The position numbers and the translations under genes were made by a program. The notes under the pieces are model-generated. The model searched no databases, was not told the DNA's origin, and saw nothing but the letters and a program-made list of their open reading frames with translations. Shown here in pieces: positions 41,121 to 53,900 of a stretch of DNA of 64,000 bases; within the stretch, counting starts at the first letter, position 1, and each line of letters opens with the position of its first letter. This DNA is from Eledone cirrhosa. Its lineage: Eukaryota. The DNA lies in NCBI GenBank assembly GCA_964016885.1, contig OZ024740.1, positions 24,986,001-25,050,000 of the forward strand, in the 5' to 3' direction.

Positions 41121-41396
41121 CAGTTCATATATCTTGAAAAGTCATTTCAGTTTATGCCCTCGTGGTATGATTTGTATGACAATTGATTGCAAAATATGTG
41201 TATTTTGAAGTTTTGCCTCAGATGTTCGGTTGACAGATGTCCGGTTGACACTCGGCAAGAGGTGAGAAAAAAGCAAAATTCAAAGGCTGTATCATTTAAT
41301 ACTAATAGAATTTATAACAATAATATGACTAATCGTTTCTAACATTGACAAATGGCAAGGTATTTGATGGACAGGGTTACTCGATTAAATCTAGTA

Positions 41397-41600
41397 TCTC
41401 TCTCCCTCTCTCTCACTCTCTCTCACTCTTTCACTCTCTCTCTTACTCACTCTCACACTCTCTCTCTCTCACTTTCCCACTCTCTCTCTTAATCCCTCTC
41501 CCTCTCACTCTCTCACTCTCTCTCTCACTCTCTCTCACACTCTCTCTCTCTCACTCTCTCACTCTCTCTCCCTTACTCTCTCTTTCTCTCTCTCTCTCTA
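41397..41600. repeat. Degenerate (CT)n tract
   Basis: Directly visible. Confidence 0.9.
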
Positions 41601-41944
41601 TTTATATATATATATATATAATTAGTTTTTGATTTATGTATGTATATATAATTGAACTTCCCAAAGTATAACGCTATATATATATGTATATATATTATTA
41701 AAAAGGAAAAGAAAATGCTGACAAATGTTTCCCAGTGAAAAATAGTTTAATTAGAAATAAGTAAAAATTAGGAATAAGCATTAGTTAGTATTCAGTTTTA
41801 GTTTTAAGTTTTTATCTGTTGCGAATTTCTTATGCTTTTCAAAAATAATTTTGAGATAGAGTGCTCATGATGTTTGCTCTAATCTGATCAGTTTTGGAAA
41901 TTATTCCTGTTTTATGTGAAAAAAGTGGCTTCGCATGTATTAAA

Positions 41945-42175
41945 ATTTGGTTGGTTGCTGAATGTCACGTGAATAAGCACTATAAATTTCGCGCCAATTC
42001 GTGTTGCAAAAATTCCTGTAGTCAAAACCATTTTGATTGGTCGGTAGAAGTCACGTGAATCTTTAAATTGATTTTAGCGTCAGCTGGTTTCGCGCCAAAT
42101 GTAGGTTTGTCGAAGAGTGTCCTTTTCCGTTTGATTGAGTTGCAGTCATCTTGAGAGATCAACATTTCAGGTGTT
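41945..42175. promoter_or_regulatory. Putative cell-cycle-type promoter with a duplicated CCAAT-like/E-box/E2F module
   Basis: GTCACGTGA at 41964 and 42050, TTTCGCGCCAA at 41987 and 42088, ATTGG at 42036 and GTTGG at 41950, each 9 nt before the E-box. The context is non-repetitive. Confidence 0.65.
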
Positions 42176-42789
42176 TATTAAGACAAATGTGTGTGTGTGT
42201 AGCAAAGTGGTTCATTGTTGTGATAATGGAAATGAATCGTTCAGTAGGAATGTGTGTACGTGTGTGTGTGTGTGGGGGGGGGGGGGGGGTATTTTAACAT
42301 GTTGAAACATATTTTTCAGCTTTTGTCTTATACGGAGAAGTGTGTGTGTGTGTGTGTGTGTGTGTCTATGTTAGTGTGCTCGTGTGCATGCACGTGTGTG
42401 TGTGTGTGTTGGATGGACCAGTATTTTTATGGTACAGGTATAAATGGCGTACATTATTCGATATTTTCAGTCATTTGCAAAAACGATTCTCTCAAAAGAA
42501 CATCAATGACATCAATAACAAAAGAGGTGAAATGATGTATAGTATTGGCATAACAACAAGGCGTGTGTGAGTCCAGATTGTAGGGGGAATCCATTATGCC
42601 CTGCCGTATGGAATAGTTGTGTACAAATATGTATGCACCCTTCAATGTGCAATACATGTGTGTGTATGTGTATGTGAGCGTGTCAGCACGTGTATATCTA
42701 TGCTCATCAAAAGTTATGCAAATTTGTGTATATTTATATTTGTGTTGCACCATATGCTTGTGTATATTTGTGTCACACCTCTATTTTTA

Positions 42790-42837
<48 letters not shown>

Positions 42838-42839
<2 letters not shown>

Positions 42840-43990
42840 ACGAAGGAAATGTGGTAAGGAACCAGGTGGACCATAACGCACCAAAGTACTCAATACTTGA
42901 GGTAGTAGAGTGGATAATAGGAACCAGTAAGACCCCGACAGCTGAGCTCAAGCCGTTTCGACGGCTAATTCTGGACCTTTCCATATTGCTGAACCAGGAG
43001 ATTACTTCCTGGGTGTTGATCCATAGGCTAAGTCGGGTGTGTTGCTTGACTTTTGGTATCACGCGGTCTAGGATTTTTTTGCTGATTCTCCCTATGTCGG
43101 ACTTCGTTGGGTTAATAAGCCTGATAGAGGGTTTACGGTCAAAATCGGATTTATGGTCCTTCAGTGTGAAGTATGGTGTCCGTGGGTCTAGAGGTTCCGT
43201 GCGGTCGGCGACCCCGAGGCTGGAGGTGATTTGTTGTCCATCTCGATTTATGTCCTCGATGCAAGAGTGGTTGGCCTTTTTATAGGTGGAGTTTAGGCTG
43301 CTCCTGATCAGTGTGTGGTATCTGTCAGGGTTGACAAAGTATAGATTCCCAGTTTTATCCGAATGCACCATGATGTCATTTGTGTTATCATACTCTGTTA
43401 GGTTGCTACGAAGTTTTTGTAGGAATCGGTTGTGTCTGGGTTTAAATTTAATGTTCTTGACCAGTTGGAAGAGGTCATTCTCGAAGGGTGCGAGCAAGGG
43501 GTTCAGGGGCGGAGATTTGTAGGTAATAAATCCGAATCTCTCCTTGGTGCCGAAGTCTTGGTTGTCGCAATATCTGTCATAGAAAAAAGTTCTCCATCTA
43601 AGTCTTTTCGCAAATAGATCGATTTTTTGCGTGAGCATCCGAAGGTAAAGTTTTTTTCGGTGGGATTGGGATGTTCTTGGTAGAGAAGTCAATGTTGTGT
43701 TTTCGCATGGTGCGGGTGAAATGAATTGGGCTTAGCGGAAAAGTCTGGATACGGCGTGGTAGGGTCGGAAAGTGCTCTACTACGGGGGTAGGAGCTAGAT
43801 AACGAAGGAAATGTGGTAAGGAACCAGGTGGACCATAACGCACCAAAGTACTCAATACTTGAGATAGTAGAGTGGATAATAGGAACCAGTAAGACCCCGA
43901 CAGCTGAGCTCAAGCCGTTTCGACGGCTAATTCTGGTCCAGAATTAGCCGTCGAAACGGCTTGAGCTCAGCTGTCGGGGTCTTACTGGTT

Positions 43991-43992
<2 letters not shown>
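42838..43992 (-). mobile_element. Internally deleted Penelope-like element: inverted partial pLTR, pLTR, ORF N-terminus, pLTR, all within (TA)n
   Basis: Direct repeats at 42838-42975 and 43799-43935, an inverted arm at 43936-43992, and (TA)n on both sides. Confidence 0.88.
42976..43708 (-). pseudogene. PLE ORF N-terminal region (through the DKT motif and early RT), frameshifted and truncated
   Basis: MRKHNIDFSTKNIPIP / KRLRWRTFF, SDKTGN (PLE DKG-like motif), TLKDHK..F..KPSIRLINP. A frameshift lies at ~43655 and the ORF is fused to the pLTR at 42976. Confidence 0.82.
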
Positions 43993-44046
<54 letters not shown>

Positions 44047-44049
<3 letters not shown>

Positions 44050-44754
44050 CAGTATTGAAGTTTGCTTGAAGCATTGTGGACTAATAAGGTAAATTTATGT
44101 AAGTCGTTTGGAAGTCTCGACACTGCAGATGGGTAAATCTCCGGGTAACAGGATCCGGTGGTAGAGAGAGAGATGTAAGTGGGTGTACGTTGAGATGCGT
44201 GGCGTGTATAAGACGTGTAGAGGAATGAAGGATAGAGCGTAAAGGATAAAAATAACAACACGAGAGAGAGTTACCTTGGGAGAGATTTAATTGTCCCTAT
44301 ATATTTCGCATTCACATCCATCAACTGGGGGTATTTTCCGGGGTGGGGGAAAGGTTGTCTGTCTGAAAGGTGCGAAACGTGTCCTCCCCTGTTCGTTGTT
44401 TTGAATATCTGAGGAATTCAGCAGAGCGCGCGTGCGCGTGAAATGGGGTCGGTCAGGCAGAGGTCAGCGGCGGAAGTAGTTCTTTCAATTGTGGGAGTGG
44501 GTGGCGCTAGCTGTCAGTCCATTCTCTGTTTGTTTGTTGAATGTTGCTTTGTATCTGGAGATCTCTCTGCACTTGTCGTCACATGGTACCATGGGCCCTG
44601 CACTGTGTCAATAATTGTCATAAGTGTAGTGTTTGTACCAGAATTTGCAAGTGTGCGTGCGTATGTTGTTGTCTCGCTTGAGTGTGTGTCTGTGTGCGTG
44701 TTGTTGCCTTGTTCCTCTGTATTAGCAGTGTAGTATGTTTGTATGGTGGAATGC

Positions 44755-44791
<37 letters not shown>

Positions 44792-45082
44792 GCTGTCTCG
44801 CTTGTGTGTGTGTGCGTGTATTGCTGCATCGTTTGTTAACTTAAACCAACCACCTCATTTCGCTTCTCTCGGATCGGTTGTTTAATTGTGGCCCTACGCT
44901 TTTGATCCAAAGTGCTTCCTTGATACGTAACGTGCCGACGTTTCTTTCTGTCGCTAGAATTGTGACAATGGGCCTTCCGTCTTTGTTTCCGCATTTGGCT
45001 ATGTGTTTCCGGAAAGACGAGGACTTGGTTTTAGTGTGTTCCTTGATCCGGATGTGCAACGGCCGGATTGTGCTACCTATAT
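44047..45082 (-). mobile_element. 3' fragment of a second PLE: GIY-YIG endonuclease C-terminus, 3' region and degenerate HHR
   Basis: HIGSTIRPLHIRIKEH...LRIKEALWIKSVGPQLNNRSE (YIG, R, E and N residues). A decayed HHR lies at ~44293-44331 (CAGTTGA..GAAA-TATA-TA/GGGAC), and (TA)n flanks both sides. Confidence 0.78.
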
Positions 45083-45090
45083 GTTATATG

Positions 45091-45141
<51 letters not shown>

Positions 45142-45204
45142 GGAGAGAGAGATAGAGAGCGAGATAGAGTGAGAAAGAGAGAGGAAGATGCGTGTGTGTA
45201 TGCT

Positions 45205-45252
<48 letters not shown>

Positions 45253-45619
45253 TATATCAGAGTGACTATATATGCGATGGTTGTGTAGCAGGTGGAGGAT
45301 GTATTCTCTATCATTGCAACTAATTGTAATATCAGAACGAAATTGAAAATTTATCGAAATATATTGATATGCGATAGAAACAATGAGCAAATATCGAAGT
45401 AATATATATATATATATTGTCTATTCTGATTGATTGCATATTTGTGATTCTATATCAATACATACATGGGTATAGATATATGCAAACATACTTCCATATA
45501 AATGCACGTAATTGCAAATTGAATCACGAGTACACACACAAACATATATGGGCATGTTTTATATTGCATGGAATGTTCATGTGTCTACACATAACTCAGT
45601 ACGTTTCAACTGTTTTGCA

Positions 45620-45744
45620 TTTCTACACACACAGACTCACACACACACACACATACACACAGACACACAGACATACACACACAGACTCTCTCACACACAC
45701 AAACACAGACATACACACACACATACAGACACACACACACTAAC

Positions 45745-45775
<31 letters not shown>

Positions 45776-45933
45776 TACACACAGGCAGACACACACATAC
45801 TCACACGCACACCCACCCACACATACACACATACATACACACACATACTCAAACCCACACAGACATACACATACACAGACAGACACACATTCACACATGT
45901 ATCATATTACATATGTTTAAATCTATATACATG

Positions 45934-45966
<33 letters not shown>

Positions 45967-46042
45967 TTGGTTCTAAACACACATACACACGGGCAAAGAC
46001 ACAGACATGCACACACACACACACACACACACGACACACATG

Positions 46043-46084
<42 letters not shown>

Positions 46085-46410
46085 TATATATAGGGAGAGA
46101 GAAAGAGAGTAAGAGGTGGTCGATCGAGAGATAGATAGATATACACAAATATATATATATATTTATGTGCGTTTGAGTGTGTGCGTGTGAGTGTGTATGT
46201 ATGTGTGCGTGTGTGTATGTGCGTGTGAGTGTGTCTGCATATGTGTGTATGTGCGTGTGAGTGTGAGTATGTTTGTGTGTCTACGTGCGTGTGAGTGTGT
46301 GTGTGTGTGTGTGACTGTGTGTGTGTGTGCGTCTGAGTGTGAGTGTGTGTGTTTGTATGTCTACGTGCGTGTGTGTGTGTATGTGTGTGCGTGTGTGTGA
46401 GTGTGTGCAG
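45620..46410. repeat. (CA)n/(TA)n/(GT)n compound microsatellite region
   Basis: Directly visible. Confidence 0.85.
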
Positions 46411-46562
46411 TACTAAACTTTACGGCCCGCAGCCATGTTTCAATTTGTTATACTTCCCCATGAATGTTAAATATATATTGAACATTCCACATGTATCCTG
46501 TCCCTTCTTGGATTGTGGCTACACTAATCACATCTTTAGGCATATATATATGTGTGTATATA

Positions 46563-46803
46563 AAATTGAGATAAGTAAGATTCAAACAATATTTTAAATT
46601 AAATTAAAAATATAATTTAAATATTTACCTAATCCATTTGCTTTTACCGACGGTTTCACCTTATATTACATTGGAGATCTCCAATCTTGTCTAAGGTGAA
46701 ACCGTCGGTAAAAGAAAATGTAATAGGTAAATATTTAAATTATATTTTTTAATTTATTTTGAGAAATTGTTTGAATTTTACTTGCCCCGCTTACCTCAAT
46801 TTT
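46563..46803. mobile_element. Imperfect palindrome centred on a putative HHR stem II (family H)
   Basis: Centre GGAGATCTCC at 46673-82. Each arm carries GAAA-CCG T CGG-TA/AAAG. Confidence 0.7.
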
Positions 46804-46927
46804 ATAGTTCTGGTATGTCAAATTAATACCATAGAACACCACTGTATCATAGACACCGTATATATTTCCAGGGGTACTTAGTACCTGTGGGGATATTGAT
46901 CGCCTTTTATATATATCTATATATATG

Positions 46928-47006
<79 letters not shown>

Positions 47007-47177
47007 AATGAATAATAACAGGTAGACATCATAAAAAGGTAATTTATTCCGTGTGCTTACAAGTGTTTCCACGGTGGTACTGCAGCCTAGTTACGCTACG
47101 TGCAAATTCTCAAGTACTTGCAGAACTCGAATATCCAATGCTGTGACCATTACTACATCTTGGATAATCCTATACCT

Positions 47178-47270
<93 letters not shown>

Positions 47271-47395
47271 ATATTAACAAATGGAAACTATATTTATAAA
47301 ACCATATTTATTTCATTATACATATTTGTTGAGTGCTTTATATCAGTTATAAAAATATTTTGCTTGTTGTATCCCAACAAATTAAATATAACCTC

Positions 47396-47449
<54 letters not shown>

Positions 47450-47456
<7 letters not shown>

Positions 47457-48390
47457 TAAGATCAAAGATGGTTAAAAGAGTTCCATGTATTTTATTATGC
47501 GCATTTCAAAAACAAATATCATCATGCGATGACATTTGCGTTTTCGTCAAATAAAATAGGGAAACATGATATGAAGGTTAAAAAGCACTTGTGAATAGTG
47601 CAGTTTTAAATCAACATATGAAAAGTAGTTTTAGATTGATGTGTGATATTGGGGAAAAAAATTGAGGGGGGTGGGGTGGAAAGGATGAACAAGAGGAGGA
47701 GATGAGAGTAAAGAATGGAGGGGGAGGAGTATAATAAGGAAGGATGAGATAGGAGGAGAGATGGGTGATAGAGAGAGAGAGATAGCTTTTATAACTGCGA
47801 AAAATATATTTTTTACATAGAGAGGTTAAAAAACCGTTGGAAGATAATATATAAATTAAAAGAATTTGAAAATTAACGAAGAGATAAACATTTTAGAATA
47901 ATGTTAAATTAAGGTTTGTATATTGAAGGGTTTAATAATATGTGCGATGAAAGGAAATTGTTAATATGTATTAAAAATAATATTTAAGGGTTTAATAATA
48001 TGTGCGATGCAAAGAAATTGTTGATATGTATTATTTAAAAAAATATAAAAATATAACAATAGTAATGTAATTAAGGATATATTGTGAAAAGAAGTAGAAG
48101 AGTGGATGAATATGTGTAATATGTATAAGTTAGATGAGCATGAAAGGGAGAAAAAAATAATGAATTGATGATGAACAATCTAAATTCAAAAAAATATTTA
48201 TGTTTACGAAGGATTTTTCAAGGTGAATTTATAAAGTATTTAAAAGGTTAAGGAAATATTGTGGTGAATAATAATGTCTCCCTATTTTATCTGACGAAAA
48301 TGCAAATGTCATCGCATGATGATATCTGTTTTTGAAATGCGCATAATAAAATACATGGAACTCTTTTAACCATCTTTTGATCTTATATAT
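47450..48390. mobile_element. Longer family A element: HHR-bearing inverted arms around a ~680-bp AT-rich interior
   Basis: 47450-47597 is homologous to the left arm of 14230-14641, and 48275-48390 to its right arm. Confidence 0.82.
48283..48353 (+). ncRNA. Complete type I hammerhead ribozyme (family A)
   Basis: TATTTTAT-CTGACGA-stem II (ATGTCATC GCAT GATGATAT)-GAAA-TGCGCA-TA/ATAAAATA, with a perfect 8-bp stem I. Confidence 0.8.
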
Positions 48391-48481
48391 TATTTATATT
48401 CCAGTCCCACAAATTGTAGAGTGCTACTTATCCGATATTTGCATTGCTTTATTGTACTACAATAAAACTCACCTCCTACAC

Positions 48482-48527
<46 letters not shown>

Positions 48528-48549
48528 TTATTTATTTATATTTATATAT

Positions 48550-48735
48550 ATAACGAAGGAAATGTGGTAAGGAACCAGGTGGACGATAACGCACCAGAGT
48601 ACTCGATACTTTGGGTAGTAGAGTGGGTAATAGGAAACGGTTCAGGATCCCGACGGCAGAGCTCAAGCCGTTTCAACGGCTATTTCTATAGCCGACGAAA
48701 CGGCTTGAGCTCTGCAGACGGGGTCCTGAACCTTT
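48550..48735 (-). mobile_element. Diverged family C solo pLTR with inverted arm in (TA)n
   Basis: ATAACGAAGGAAATGTGGTAAGGAACCAGG... as at 42838, with a palindrome centred at ~48684. Confidence 0.82.
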
Positions 48736-48839
48736 TGCTATATATATATATTTATATATATTCATTATTTATATATATATATTTATATATATTCATATAT
48801 TTATATTTATTCATTATTTTTTTTATATATATATATATA

Positions 48840-48913
<74 letters not shown>

Positions 48914-49023
48914 AACATACACACACACACATATATATATATGTATATATATATAGAGAGAGAGGGATAGATATATAGATATGTATATACAGATATCTAC
49001 ATCCAGATATCTACATACATACA

Positions 49024-49080
<57 letters not shown>

Positions 49081-50149
49081 CTAAATGATATAACTCAGAA
49101 TTTCCAATGGGATGTTTGGCATAATTAATCTAAAAGATTATGACTTTAATGTCTTTTGCAATAAATACATAATCTATTGAACTTCCTTTGGAATTTGAAA
49201 CAGAAATCAAAAGCCTAGGGGCAATTACCTGATAAAGAAGGTAGAGATAATTTCAATATATTAAGAATAATTTCCTTACGCTAATTTAGATGCTTTGAGC
49301 AAACGACAATTTGGCCTTTGTTTGCAGTAGGGTGAAAATTATATATATAATTTTCAGTCCATTTAATCCGCAGTAGTTTCATATTTTATTTAAGGTATGT
49401 ATTTGTAGTGTTGAAGGAAGCATCATCACGTGATGGCTTCTTGAACATACCTGATGTTTCGCGGCATGATTTTGATTGCTGACGCGGAGTATTTCGATGT
49501 GATATCTTTATATGTCTGTTTTCAGGGCTGGTAATATTGACTCTATTTCAGCAATTAAAATAGCAAATGGTTGAGGAATTTCAGCCAAATCGTCAAATAT
49601 TCAACTTTGAGATTCTTTAGAAAGGAAAGTCGTTATAAGATAATGTGTTCTTAGATACACTTTTGTTGTGTTAAATACATGTTAGTCACAGCTGAAATGA
49701 AATCTGCTGTGTTTGAATGACATATGTAATACACTGCAGAATATCAAAAACGTACCACCCATTTAAGATGTGTATAAGATATTTCTACCCTCTCAACTTA
49801 ATTTCTACGTCAGACTTATCTTCCATTTAATTCTGCTTCACCTCATCATTGTCCAACATATCCCAACGTCTATATTTTCATCACTTTCCTTCGGTGATCA
49901 CAACACCGCAGTGATTCATTCTAGGAGTCTAGCTTCCTCGTATGTTTTTCACACTGTCTTTGTAATAAATGTGCCCTGCGTCAAATTATATCTGGTAAAC
50001 ATTCAAAAGAGACTGTATTCAAAGAACCCTTTAATTATTTAGAGTTCATTCTGAAATCATCCACGACCGTTTGACCATGTGAAACTAAAGGTTATACAAT
50101 GTGCGAGTTTTCATTTTATATACACGGGAGCTATGAATAATAATTATAA

Positions 50150-50740
50150 GTGAGATAGAGGACAGGATGTGAGTTCAAATCTCCTCAAGGTCAGCTTTTC
50201 TTTTAATTCTTCCGGGATCGATAAAATAAAGTACGGGTAATGCACTAGGGTCGATTTAATCGACTTTCCCCTAAAAAAAATGGTTGGCCCAGTGCCTAAA
50301 TAGCGCAGTAGATTGGCAGAATGGGTAGAGAGTCGGACATCATGCTTTGAAACATAGAGTTACGTTCGTTTACGATCTGATCTCAAATCCCTCTGAGGTT
50401 AGCTTTGCCTGCCATCCTACCGTGGTCGATAACATGAAGTACCAGTAACTCATTGGGGGCAATTTAATCGACTTTCTCCTACCCCAAAATTATAGCCCTT
50501 GTGCCTGAATCAGAAACCAATATTATTGATACAAATTATTTTCGAAGGGCGGTGGATTGGCAGTATCGGTAGAGGATTGGACGCCATGCTTTGCAGCAAA
50601 GAGTTACGGCCCTTTATGGTCTGAGTTCAAATTCTGCCGAGGTTAACTTTGGCTTTCCTCCTGACGGGATCGATAAAATAAAGTACCAGTAATACACTGG
50701 TATAACTGCTGGCCATGTGTCAAGAATAGAAACAATTATT
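50150..50740 (+). mobile_element. Three head-to-tail SINE family 1 copies
   Basis: Repeated GAGTTCAAAT/TCTCAAATCC B-box plus ..TCGATAAAATAAAGTAC core at ~50170, ~50380 and ~50622. Confidence 0.8.
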
Positions 50741-50969
50741 TTCGAAAGTGTTATCTGATTCTACAGCGAGACATGAAACAAAGTTGTCCTAGGTGAACTT
50801 CTGTGTTTATATAAGATGTTGACTGTTGCTTTGTTTTGGAAGGAGTACTATACTCTCTGCTGCTGTGTAGAATACATGCTCTTATTTTGTTGGCTGATCA
50901 TTCTACTTTGCGTGTTTCCCTTTGTTTTGTGTCATTAACATCATGTGTTTTAATGTCTGGTGTTGATTA

Positions 50970-53900
50970 GGTAGGGTGTATGTTGTGTGTGTGTAGGGTG
51001 TATGTTGTGTGTGTAGGGTGTATGTTGTGTGTGTGTAGGGTGTATGTTGTGTGTGTGTAGGGTGTATGTTGCGTGTGTGTAGGGTGTATGTTGTGTGTGT
51101 GTAGGGTGTATGTTGTGTGTGTAGGGTGTATGTTGTGTGTGTGTGTGGTGTATGTTGTGTGTGTGTAGGGTGTATGTTGTGTGTGTAGAGTGTATGTTGT
51201 GTGTGTAGGGTGTATGTTGTGTGTGTGTAGGGTGTATGTTGTGTGTGTAGGGTGTATGTTGTGTGTGAGTAGGGTGTATGTTGTGTGTGTGTAGGGTGTA
51301 TGTTGTGTGTGTAGGGTGTATGTTGTGTGTGTGTAGGGTGTATGTTGTGTGTGTGTAGGGTGTATGTTGTGTGTGTGTAGCGTGTATGTTGTGTGTGTAG
51401 GGTGTATGTTGTGTGTGTGTAGGGTGTATGTTGTGTGTGTGTAGGGTGTATGTTGTGTGTGTGTAGGGTGTATGGTGTGTGTGTGTAGGGTGTATGTTGT
51501 GTGTGTAGGGTGTATGTTGTGTGTGTGTAGGGTGTATGTTGTGTGTGTGTAGGGTGTATGTTGTGTGTGTAGGGTGTATGTTGTGTGTGTGTAGGGTGTA
51601 TGTTGTGTGTGTAGGGTGTATGATGTGTGTGCGTAGGGTGTATGTCGTGTGTGTGTAGGGTGTATGATGTGTGTGTGTAGGGTGTATGGTGTGTGTGTGT
51701 GTAGGGTATATGTTGTGTGTGTAGGGTGTATGTTGCGTGTGTAGGGTATATGTTGTGTGTGTAGGGTGTATGTTGTGTGTGTGTAGGGTGTATGTTGTGT
51801 GTGTGTGTAGGGTGTATGGTGTGTGTGTGTGTAGGGTGTATGTTGTGTGTGTGTAGGGTGTATGTTGTGTGTGTACGGTATATGTTGTGTGTGTAGGGTG
51901 TATGTTGTGTGTGTGTAGGGTGTATGTGGTGTGTGTGTAGGGTGTATGTTGTGTGTGTGTAGGGTGTATGTTGTGTGTGTACGGTATATGTTGTGTGTGT
52001 AGCGTGTCTGTTGTGTGTGTGTAGGGTGTATGTTGTGTGTGTGTAGGGTGTATGTTGTGTCTGTAGGGTGTATGTTGCGTGTGTAGGGTGTATGTTGTGT
52101 GTGTGTAGGGTGTATGTTGTGTGTGTGTATGTCGTGTGTGTAGGGTGTATGTTGAGTGTATGTAGGGTGTATGTTGTGTGTGTAGGGTATATGTTGTATG
52201 TGTAGGGTGTATGTTGTGTGTGTGTAGGGTGTATGTTGTGTGTGTGTAGGGTATATGTTGTGTGTATGTAGGGTGTATGTTGTGTGTGTAGGGTATATGT
52301 TGCGTGTGTAGGGTGTATGTTGTGTGTATGTAGGGTGTATGTTGTGTGTGTAGGGTATATGTTGTGTGTGTAGGGTGTATGTTGTGTGTGTGTAGGGTGT
52401 ATGTTGTGTGTGTGTAGGGTATATGTTGTGTGTATGTAGGGTGTATGTTGTGTGTGTAGGGTATATGTTGCGTGTGTAGGGTGTATGTTGTGTGTGTGTA
52501 GGGTGTATGTTGTGTGTGTGTATGTCGTGTGTGTAGGGTGTATGTTGAGTGTGTAGGGTGTATGATGTGTGTGTGTATGGTGTATGTTGTGTGTGTGTAG
52601 GGTGTATGTTGTGTGTGTAGGGTGTATGTTGTGTGTGTAGGGTGTATGTTGTGTGTGTAGGGTGTATGTTGTGTGTGTAGGGTGTATGTTGTGTGTGTGT
52701 AGGGTGTATGTTGTGTGTGTAGGGTGTAAGTTGTGTGTGTAGGGTGTATGTTGTGTGTGTGTTGGGTGTATGTTGTGTGTGTAGGGTGTATGTTGTGTGT
52801 GTAGGGTGTATGTTGTGTGTGTGTAGGGTGTATGTTGTGTGGGTAGGGTGTATGTTGTGTGTGTAGGGTGTATGTTGTGTGTGTAGGGTACATGTTGTGT
52901 GTGTAGGGTGTATGTTGTGTGTGTGTAGGGTATATGCTGTGTGTGTGTAGGGTGTATGTTGTGTATGTGTAGGGTGTATGTTGTGTGTGTGTAGGGTGTA
53001 TGTTGTGTGTGTAGGGTGTATGTTGTGTGTGTAGGGGATATGGTGTGTGTGTAGGGTGTATGTTGTGTGTGTGTAGGGTGTTAGTTGTGTGTATGTAGGG
53101 TGTATGTTGTGTGTGTAGGGTGTGTGTCGTGTGTGTGTAGGGTGTATGTTGTGTGTGTGTAGGGTGTATGTTGTGTGTGTAGGGTGTATGTTGTGTGTGT
53201 GTTGGGTGTATGTTGTGTGTGTGTAGGGTGTATATTGTGTGTGAAGCGTGTATGATGTGTGTGTGTATGGTGTATGTTGTGTGTTTGTAGGGTGTATGTT
53301 GAATGTGTAGGGTGTATGTTGTGTGTGTAGGTTGTATGTTGTGTGTGTAGGGTGTATGTTGTGTGTGTGTAGGGTGTATGTTGTGTGTGTAGGGTGTAAG
53401 TTGTGTGTGTAGGGTGTATGTTGTGTGTATGTTGTGTGTATGTTGTGTGTGTAGGGTATATGTTGTGTGTGTAGGGTGTATGTTGTGTGTGTGTAGGGTG
53501 TATGTTGTGTGTGTGTTGGGCGTATGTTGTGTGTGTAGGGTGTATGTTGTATGTGTGTAGGGTGTATGTTGTGTGTGTAGGGTGTAAGTTGTGCGTGTAG
53601 GGTGTATGTTGTGTGTGTGTTGGGCGTATGTTGTGTGTGTAGGGTGTATGTTGTGTGTGTGTAGGGTGTATGTTGTGTGTGTAGGGTGTAAGTTGTGTGT
53701 GTAGGGTGTATGTTGTGTGTGTGTAGGGTGTATGTTGTGTGTGTATGGTGTAAGTTGTATGTGTAGGGTGTATGTTGTGTGTGTGTTGGGTGTATGTTGT
53801 GTGTGTAGGGTGTATGTTATGTGTGTAGGGTGTATGTTGTGTGTGTAGGGTGTATGTTGTGTGTGTGTAGGGTGTATGTTGTGTGTGTGTAGGGTGTATG

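Noticed and set aside
44355-44392. Plus-strand CTGAAAGGTGCGAAACGTGTC resembling a minimal HHR
   Set aside because: The core is not CUGANGA, there is no stem II or adjacent stem I, and it is opposite to the PLE orientation.
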